Assembly (NCBI RefSeq): GCF_009914755.1
Contig: NC_060926.1
From: the human T2T-CHM13v2.0 reference genome, Homo sapiens
DNA length: 64,000 nucleotides
Reading direction: 5' to 3' (one strand)
Part shown: positions 52,251-64,000 of the stretch, in pieces
Layout: each line of letters starts with the position of its first letter
Position numbering within the stretch: position 1 is the stretch's first letter
Notes under the pieces: model-generated
Database searches by the model: none
What the model saw: the letters and a program-made list of their open reading frames with translations, nothing else
What the model was told of the DNA's origin: nothing
Position numbers and translations under genes: made by a program

Positions 52251-54303
52251 TGGCTGGGTGCAGTGCCTCATGCCTGTAATCCCAGCTGTTTGGGAGGCTG
52301 AGGCAGGAGGATCACTTGAACCCAGGAGTTCAAAACAAGCTTGGGCAACATAGTGGGACCCCATCTCTATAAAAAATAAATTTAAAAATTAATAATTGAA
52401 GTATAATAGAAAATAAAGTATAAATAGTAATGTCTTAGAAGAAAGCCAGGCCAGATGTGGTGGCTCACACCTGTAATCCTAGCACTTTGAGATGCTAAGG
52501 CAGAGGATTGTTTGAGCCCAGGAATTCAAGACCAGCTAGGCAACATGGTGAGACCCTGTCTCTACAAAATAAAAATTACCTAGCCATGATGATATGTGCC
52601 TGTGGTCCCAGCTACTCTGGAGACTGAGGTGGGAGGATCAAGGCAGCAGTGAGCTGTGATTGTGCCACTGCACTCCAGCCTGGGCAACAGAGTGAGATGC
52701 TGTCTCAAAAAAAAACAACAAAAAAATCTGATGGTAAAATGGTTTATACGTCTTTTTGTGTTGTTTATTTGTAATGTCTTTTTTCATTCATCTACCCCGT
52801 GAACTTCAGTTACCATCTTTGACTCTTCCCCTGTGTCCTTCAAACATAGTTAGGGTCTTTCTGTAAAACTTTCACTGTACTTACTATTATAGTACTTATT
52901 TATAGTGTAATTATTTATTTACTTATCTGTTACCTGTACTGTAGAGCTTTGATGGACTACATTATTTGGGTTCTCATGTTTATCATGTGAATTTTAGATG
53001 AATGTAGACTGAAATTATGGCCCATGATGCATTCCATTTTAACTCTTTTGTTAAACAGAAGAACACTTAAAAGAATTTGGTTTCATTTTAATGTTCTTTA
53101 GCATAATAAACTATTTACCACATACTTAACTCATGGTAACATGCTTTAAAAAATTATTTTTCTTTTATATCCTGAAAAATTACTTTTATTTTAGAGGTCC
53201 TTACTGTCTCTGAGCCATTTAGAGATTATATGCCAAATCTGTGTTTCTTAGTTTATCTGTGTCCTGTCTGTGTGTGTGTGTCCAGATAATTACTTTGCCA
53301 TGATGGAAACATTTTTGTAAAAAGAATAGTACAATTTCAATAATTGTGGTTGAAATATGTTGTCAATTAAACCTAAATATTTAAGGAGACAAACTGTTGC
53401 CTTTTTAATGCATTGTAGTGAGTGAACTTAACAAATTAAAGAATTGGAGAGAAGTAAAATAGTTTGTACATTATCAGTGATACTTGTTTACAAGCTTTAT
53501 TTTGTGTACATATATGTTAAAAGAGAAAACCATGAGCCATGTTTTAAAATATGTACTTGTTTTAGTTGTTGATTCACTGATGAAGAAATTTCTGATGTTA
53601 GGATTTTTTTTTTTTGTTTTTTAGCATACTGTTACTAGTGTTGTATGACCGTATTCTGGAGACTAGGCATCAGAACAAGGATAAATTTGTTATTAGTTGA
53701 AAAATCTGATTTTCATGGTAGGGTAATTCACAGTTTCTTTATAGCTTAGTGTTCTGTCTACCTCTAAGAGGTGGACAGGGTTCCTGAAAAGACTGAAATA
53801 TTAAACCAGTACAACAAGGATTTCATTTTCAAAAAGAAAAAAACAAATATTAGGAAAAATGATTACAGTTTTTGGTCTTCAGTGTTTCATAACCAAGTGT
53901 TTATAAAAAAAAAGGACTTACTCTGCATCAGATTGAGAGCCCAGCAAAGTACAATTATAGTGTATAGTAAATGGACAAGTGGGTAGAAGGAACAAAGACT
54001 AAAGAAGAACTACATGGTGGAGGCCAGGCACAGAGGCTCGTGCCTGTAATCCCAGCGGCCGAGGCAGGCAGATCATGAGGTCAGGAGTTTGAGACCAGCC
54101 TGACCAACATGGTGAAACCCTGTCTCTACTAAAAATACAAAAATTAGCCGGGCGTGGTGGCACACACCTGTAATGCCAGCTACTCAGGAGGCTGAGGCAG
54201 GAGAATCGTTTGAACCCTGGAGGCAAAGGTTACAGTGAGCCAAGATTGCCCCACTGCACTCCAGCTTGGGCAACAGAGCAAGACTCAGTCTCAAAAAAAA
54301 AAA
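52251..54303 (+). mobile_element. Sense Alus: FLAM-like ~52251-52390, AluJ ~52449-52725, AluS 54022-54303
   Basis: The last element has an imperfect TSD aagaactacatggtgga / aagaactacgtggtaga. Confidence 0.87.
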
Positions 54304-54416
54304 AGAACTACGTGGTAGAAAAATTGATGCTTGTGGGAATTTATTAGAGGACTGTGGGTTAAATTTAGTACTGAATGCAGCCTTTTGTTGTTTAAAAAAT
54401 TTTTTTGAACTCACAG

Positions 54417-54609
54417 TCTACATCAGCATCAGCATCTGCGTCACCATTTCAATCTGCATGGTATAGTGAATCTGAGATAACTCAGGGAGCACGCTCAAGA
54501 TCGCAGAACCAGCAACGGGATCATGATTCAAAAAGACCTAAACTTTCCTGTACAAACTGTAGTACCTCAGCTGGGAGAAATGTTGGAAATGGTTTAAACA
54601 CATTATCAG
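54417..54609 (+). CDS. MARCHF7: MARCHF7 coding exon (exon 5, 193 nt, phase 0-1)
   Basis: Acceptor ttttttgaactcacag|; [64 protein letters not shown]; donor CAG|GTAAGA. Confidence 0.96.
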
Positions 54610-55014
54610 GTAAGAATGAGTTTCTGTAGGTATTTTAAGCCGTTTTTCTCCAGGTGTAACACAGTTGTTCTTAGTTTTGGAATGAGGCAAGTAGATTTTA
54701 TATGAAGACAGTGGGTCAGAAATGTAGTGGAATTTCCAAAATCTTACTTTAAATTAATGCTAGAACTGATACTCTTCTGCATTTTTCTTGTAAAATTGAT
54801 ATAGATATCCTAAACAGGACATTAGCAGATTTTAATTAGAATAGCTGGTATTTTATGATAATCAAATTGGTAAATGTATGTATTCTTTTGGTTATTATAT
54901 TTTGTAATTGTTACAAGGAAAGCTAAATCTACTGATATGTTTAAAATATTGCTTAAGCATGTCTTATATAAATGATAAACATTGTAGTACATAATATTTA
55001 TTTTCAGAAAATAC

Positions 55015-55641
<627 letters not shown>

Positions 55642-56727
55642 TAGTAGGAGTTCTATACAAGGGATTAGAAAGTCATAGTTTTAGTCCTCTAACTAGATGA
55701 GTGGCATTGGGCAAGATACTAACCACTCTGGGATTTGGATGGTCTATCCATAAAGCTTCATGCCTGGTATTATGTACTGAGACACATATTTTTCACACAC
55801 GTTGAAAAGATCTTTTGTTGAAAGGTCAGGAGGCTACCGTCTCACTCATACTCCTCTTCCAATGAAATGTTAGCCAGTGCCAGTGTTTAAGAGGAGCCAA
55901 AACTTGTGGTGACACAGTTGGAGGTAAAATTCTTTAAATGTTTGTGTATTACCAGTTGAAGTAGTGTAAGCAGTTCCTGTCTATTTTGATAAGCTGGAAT
56001 GCCATGGGAAAGACGTGCCTATCTGAAGGATATTAAGAATGTTGTGATAGCTAAGAGCAGACTGTTAATAACTTTGTAGACAAACACCACTGTGCCAGAG
56101 ATATTTTTGTTCTCTTCTGCTATGTGAAAACGTTATAAATACTCTAGGCCATTTCTCTTAATAAAGAGGAATTATTAAGGCTACTAAGATTAGGGAAGAA
56201 AGAATCAAAATTTCAAGGTAAATAGTGAAGGAAAGAGGTTTGAGACTTAATGTTTAATTTACTTTTAAATCATATCTAGTAAAATTACGATAACTGTAAC
56301 AATACTTTGATTCTTAGAATTAAGAATTCTAGAATAAAAAATCAAGCAACTGTGGTAGCAGTAAAAATAATTCTGATGAAATTGTGTTGTTCACATCTTC
56401 CCTTTCCGGATGCCTTTGATTTTGATACTGGCAGTTCTCCAGCATCACTTTCATTGACTTTTTTTGTGAAATTCTCCATCTTTGGCAAGATTTACATTTT
56501 TGTTCTGTAATCGTTTTACATAATGTATAGGTAGATGTTGTGAGAAGTGATTGAGACATTGACATTGTGTATGGGGTAGATTTTAATGTTAGGCAGAGAA
56601 GAATATGTTTAGAGTAGGAAATAATTTTATAAGTGATTAGTTCATTTGTGAATAGTTTTATGTTTTACTGAATTGTGTTTCTGATAACAACTATATAACC
56701 GGGGATTCTCATAATAAACAACAGTAA

Positions 56728-57033
56728 GGCTGGGTGCGGTGGCTCGTGCTGTGATCCCAGCACTTTGGGAGGCCGGGGTGGGCGGATCACTAGAGGTCAG
56801 GAGTTTGAGACCAGCCTGGCCGACAGGGTGAAACCCCATCTTCACTAAAAATACAAAAATTAGCCGGGCATGGTGGCACGCGCCTTGTAGTCCCAGATAT
56901 TCAGGAGGCTGAGGCAGGAGAATCACTTGAACCCAGAAGGTGGAGGTTGCTGTGAGCTGAGATCGTGCCACTACACTCCAGCCTGGGTGACAGAGTGAGA
57001 CTCCGTCTCAAATAATAATAATAATAATAAATA
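56728..57033 (+). mobile_element. AluS with (AAT)n tail, ~90 nt upstream of exon 6
   Basis: Full-length consensus match. Confidence 0.92.
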
Positions 57034-57123
57034 ACACTAACTTTCCTCTCTATTACTGAAGATTGTCATCATCCAAAGCCTTGAAAGCTTTCTCTGAAAT
57101 GAAACTTCTTCATTTATTTTAAG

Positions 57124-57291
57124 ATTCATCTTGGAGGCATAGTCAAGTTCCTAGATCTTCATCAATGGTACTTGGATCATTTGGAACAGACTTAATGAGA
57201 GAGAGGAGAGATTTGGAGAGAAGAACAGATTCCTCTATTAGTAATCTTATGGATTATAGTCACCGAAGTGGTGATTTCACAACTTCATCAT
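57124..57291 (+). CDS. MARCHF7: MARCHF7 coding exon (exon 6, 168 nt, symmetric phase 1-1)
   Basis: Not in the ORF track. Acceptor ttcatttattttaag|; (D)[55 protein letters not shown]; donor CAT|GTATGT. In frame with both neighbouring exons. Confidence 0.94.
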
Positions 57292-57734
57292 GTATGTATA
57301 AATTACATCAAGTATAACTTCTCATAATGTTCCATTTTCCTCTTTATGCATGTTACTAAAACAACAGTACAAAGGAGTAAAGTGTATATTTTGTCTTATG
57401 AAGATTTCAGAATACCTTAATATTTTTTTCTAGTACTTGTTTTGACCTTAAAAAATAATTTAAAATACAGTCGATGAATATGAGTATCTAGATTCCATCT
57501 ACCTTTACGTTGTTTAACTTGCATTTTTCCTTTTAAGAACGTCTGTTAGAAAGTAACATACTAAATCGTATATCCTCAAATAGAATTTGCCTGTAACAGA
57601 TGTAGTTTAATAAATAACTACTTCTGATTATTCTTCTACTTCTGAAATAACTGAAAGTTGAAATCACCATTTTAAGGCATAATTTGCAATTACTTTAGTA
57701 TAACATGGATGTGCCTCTAGTTTTATTAAATTGA

Positions 57735-58097
<363 letters not shown>

Positions 58098-59158
58098 TAA
58101 CTGAAGAAAAAGGTGCTAATTGAAGTTGACAAATATAGTAGGCAGAAATGGAGTTTGATTTACATAGTAGGAAATAATGTTTTGTTTTTAAAGGTTTAGG
58201 TTATTTTAATTTATCTTACTGGGGGAAATCTTTATTTATGACAAATGAAAACATTTTATCTGCTTGGCTTTGGATGGTAGAGCTTTAGTAGACAGTATCA
58301 ATAGCTTTTAGGTTTTGGAGTATAAAAGTACAGGATAGAAATAGATTTAGTTCCTAACATTTACCCTTTCATAAAGCTCCATATATCAGCAGAGTAGTAA
58401 TTTAGCTCTTACACAGGTTAATGGGTAGTTTCTTTGCAAAGGAATCCTGTAGTATTTCTCATCCCATTTGAAGATTTAAACCACCAGTTAAGGAATCCTT
58501 TGAAAAGTGCAGATGTCATAGCCCTATTCTGATTCATAGTTCCTAGCCAGTATTTTAGCAAATATAACACACGTAATTCTAAATATTGGCTAGGAACTAT
58601 AGGATAAGAACCACAGCTGTTAACCTGAAAGAAAAAAAAATTGGAAAAATTTTTAGCTATTAGCAAGATTTTTCATAAAATTACAAGGGTTTAAAACAGC
58701 TTTTTAATTTATTGCACAGAGTAAAAAAAAATCTCCAAAACAGTCTCCCTAGGATGGATTTGCTTTTAATCATTTTAAGAGTCATTTACATTGTATTATT
58801 TGGCCTGTTCAAAATCGTCTCAATTTAAATACTAGATATTATTGTATCATACCAAATAATTTCTGATCAATAAATTCAGCTGTTTTAATTTTATCAAATA
58901 AAATTTTCATAAGCTCATAATACATTTCTTTTTTATATATTTGTAATGTTGACTTTACACAGCAGTACTGGATTTTACCAGTAGGAATAGAAAGAGAAAT
59001 ACATTTATGTTTTTTCTATAATAATAGTAAACTCTGTAGTTACAATATAACAGTATTAAGTTTGAATCCAGTGCTTCGTTTTGGCATTCAACATAATAAA
59101 TGCAAATAATAATGCTCAAATTATTTCATGTAATTGGTTATCTTCCTTTCAAAAATAG

Positions 59159-60257
59159 ATGTTCAAGACAGAGTTCCTTCATATTCACAAGGAGCAAGAC
59201 CAAAAGAAAACTCAATGAGCACTTTACAGTTGAATACATCATCCACAAACCACCAATTGCCTTCTGAACATCAGACCATACTAAGTTCTAGGGACTCCAG
59301 AAATTCTTTAAGATCAAATTTTTCTTCAAGAGAATCAGAATCTTCCCGAAGCAATACGCAGCCTGGATTTTCTTACAGTTCAAGTAGAGATGAAGCCCCA
59401 ATCATAAGCAATTCAGAAAGGGTTGTTTCATCTCAAAGACCATTTCAAGAATCTTCTGACAATGAAGGTAGGCGGACAACGAGGAGATTGCTGTCACGCA
59501 TAGCTTCTAGCATGTCATCTACTTTTTTTTCACGAAGATCTAGTCAGGATTCCTTGAATACAAGATCATTGAATTCTGAAAATTCTTACGTTTCTCCAAG
59601 AATCTTGACAGCTTCACAGTCCCGTAGTAATGTACCATCAGCTTCTGAAGTTCCCGATAATAGGGCATCTGAAGCTTCTCAGGGATTTCGATTTCTTAGG
59701 CGAAGATGGGGTTTGTCATCTCTTAGCCACAATCATAGCTCTGAGTCAGATTCAGAAAATTTTAACCAAGAATCTGAAGGTAGAAATACAGGACCATGGT
59801 TATCTTCCTCACTTAGAAATAGATGCACACCTTTGTTCTCTAGAAGGAGGCGAGAGGGAAGAGATGAATCTTCAAGGATACCTACCTCTGATACATCATC
59901 TAGATCTCATATTTTTAGAAGAGAATCAAATGAAGTGGTTCACCTTGAAGCACAGAATGATCCTCTTGGAGCTGCTGCCAACAGACCACAAGCATCTGCA
60001 GCATCAAGCAGTGCCACAACAGGTGGCTCTACATCAGATTCGGCTCAAGGTGGAAGAAATACAGGAATATCAGGGATTCTTCCTGGTTCCTTATTCCGGT
60101 TTGCAGTCCCCCCAGCACTTGGGAGTAATTTGACCGACAATGTCATGATCACAGTAGATATTATTCCTTCAGGTTGGAATTCAGCTGATGGTAAAAGTGA
60201 TAAAACTAAAAGTGCGCCTTCAAGAGATCCAGAAAGATTGCAGAAAATAAAAGAGAG
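59159..60257 (+). CDS. MARCHF7: MARCHF7 large coding exon (exon 7, 1099 nt, phase 1-2), Ser/Arg-rich disordered region
   Basis: Acceptor cttcctttcaaaaatag|; open frame (Y)[17 protein letters not shown]...[12 protein letters not shown]; donor GAG|GTAAAT. Confidence 0.97.
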
Positions 60258-60288
60258 GTAAATTCGAATACCTGTCTTAAGCCTATAA

Positions 60289-61967
<1,679 letters not shown>

Positions 61968-63755
61968 TTATAAATCACTGTTAAGAGTGAAAAGACAAAA
62001 AAACAGAGATCTTAGTCCCAGCCTGACTCTTAATTTAGTCATCCTAGTCTAATTACTTAGTATTAAAATAGTTATTAAAATGAGATAAATTAGTTTATTT
62101 GAAATACACTTGGAGGAAGAAAAGACTTATATAAAGTTAATGTTGTGGGATTTTTTTTTTCTTTTTCACAAAGGCCTAATAGAATTGTTGGGAAGCATAA
62201 TTGTTACTGTTATTTTTAGATTTTTTTGTACTTTAATAAGAAAATACTTTCAAATCCAACTCTGGTGATAAAGGAAACTCTGCACACTTTCTGAGATGTT
62301 GGGCATTGGGCTACCATACTCCTATTTTTCATTTTATAGGACAGATTTTACCATGTGGCTGTTATTTTCCTGCTTTTAAACTTGCTATTTTTCCTTTTTT
62401 GTAGAAAGAGATTTACTCTACCCTGGTAGTGTTTGCTTTAATGTTTGCTTGTTACAGCAGCTTCCTCCAATTGCAGGCTGTCTGCTGTCTGCTAAGGGAT
62501 GTAGTAACATATTTTCAGCCCTTAAGGTTAGATTAATTTAAGTACAGTAGTGTAGGCAGAGAGCAAAGCGTTACTTTAGTTATCTTCAGAGAGAAATGAT
62601 TGAGCCAGTACCACTCTATCTGGTTAATTAAAAAGCAGCATTTGGTTATTTTGCCAGAGAGAGTGTGTGTGTATGTTTGTATTTCTGTATTACATCTTTC
62701 CTCATACCTAAGGATTTTAAGACATTCTACAATTAAAAATGGTACAGAAAAATTGAATCCACCAAGTGAATAGTTGAAACCAGGAAGGGAAGAAAGTTAA
62801 AGGTAAAATGTAAATACCATGTTTTCAATCTTTAAAAATAATTTATGCTTGAGGTTATGTCTGATTAACCCAGGGCATGAAAGTCTCCTAGCGGCTGTAT
62901 ATCCATCTCTTTTCACAAATCTTTTGCTAAGTTCATTTAGGAATCCATGTATTCCAGGTTGTATTTCAGTAACAGTTCAGCATTCTGTATTACCAATTTA
63001 CTGTATACCTGTTTCATGCCAACAGTGGACTAACGCAGTAGGAATTTTAACAACTACTTACCTTATTATATAAAACTATTACTCTGCATTTATATATTAA
63101 GCAGTACACAATGGCCTGTTAAATAGAGGACGTAGGTTAATGGAATCTTTTATAAGATTGCTGCGCCGAGGGGGCAGATGGAGAATTTTAAAGCATTCTT
63201 TCAAATTTTTTTCTGTAATACAAAAGTTTATCAGTTTAAACATGGTTCTGGTAACATGTAAATGAGAATCTACAAGCCAGTATGTGTTTAATTCATGGAA
63301 GTAGCCCTAAAATTTGAGGGGAGGCAAGGGGCAAAAGTGATAAGTTTATCTTACCTTTATACTGTTGGACTTGAAGTAGTCTGGAATACTACAGAAATTA
63401 AAATCTCTTAGGGGTACTTGTAAAGTCATTGAGAAAAATATAGATCTTAAACTGTCATTTGCCAATGACAAAATTACTTAAATCATTTGAAAATAAATGA
63501 TAGGTTAGCCTATTTTACTTACCTTTAAAATACTTGTTACAATTTTTATTCTCAATGAGAGAGTTTTTCATTTTCAATCAGAGGGTTGCTGATGAATATA
63601 ATTGTTATTGTTTTGTTGTTGTTACTGTTTGCTTTTTTCCACCCAGAGACAGTGTGAGTAGAAATAACAAAAAAGAAAGCTTGTGATTATGTATGACTGA
63701 AGTAACCAACCAGGATGAGTTATGATAGCTTTGGGAAATGTGCCTTCTTTTCCAG

Positions 63756-63925
63756 CCTCCTTTTAGAGGACTCAGAAGAAGAAGAAGGTGACTTATGTAG
63801 AATTTGTCAAATGGCAGCTGCATCATCATCTAATTTGCTGATAGAGCCATGCAAGTGCACAGGAAGTTTGCAGTATGTCCACCAAGACTGTATGAAAAAG
63901 TGGTTACAGGCCAAAATTAACTCTG
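63756..63925 (+). CDS. MARCHF7: MARCHF7 coding exon (exon 8, 170 nt), N-terminal part of the RING-CH (C4HC3) domain; gene continues beyond the window
   Basis: Acceptor ccttcttttccag|; (S)[56 protein letters not shown] fits the RING-CH pattern CxxC...PCxCxGS..VHxxC..xW; donor CTG|GTAAGA. Confidence 0.97.
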
Positions 63926-64000
63926 GTAAGATTTACCCTTTTGTGTTTTCACAATTTTTCTAAGAGATGCATGTATGTATGCGTTTGGTTAACAAATTTA

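Noticed and set aside
59134-59158. ORF-track starts at 59134, 54405 and 63715 as protein N-termini
   Set aside because: These are intronic extensions upstream of canonical acceptors; the spliced frame accounts for the coding sequence.

Overview
Repeat-dense human-type genomic DNA (about 55-60 Alu copies or fragments counted by eye, plus L1, L2, MIR, MaLR/ERV LTRs and Tigger/hAT DNA-transposon relics). It contains the CpG-island promoter and 5' part of MARCHF7 (MARCH7/axotrophin, RING-CH E3 ubiquitin ligase) on the + strand. I infer three non-coding exons (~23869-23969, 25920-25961, 27044-27129) and five coding exons (40377-40529, 54417-54609, 57124-57291, 59159-60257, 63756-63925). The coding exons splice in frame to 594 codons; the gene runs off the right edge inside the RING domain. 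A disabled RPS3A processed pseudogene split by an Alu lies at 521-1695 (-). I see no evidence of a wholly new gene system. The best leads are regulatory: (1) a bidirectional promoter with strong antisense splice donors and candidate downstream antisense exons, probably a distal BAZ2B/lncRNA start; (2) two small 5'UTR exons carrying four uORFs, one apparently L2-derived; (3) inverted Alus bracketing the AUG-containing exon 4-7 block, whose back-splice would encode a 545-aa RING-less protein; (4) a very young AluYa5-like insertion; (5) a candidate in-frame 69-nt cassette exon before the RING exon. Repeat subfamily names and the locus identity come from recall, not from a database search.
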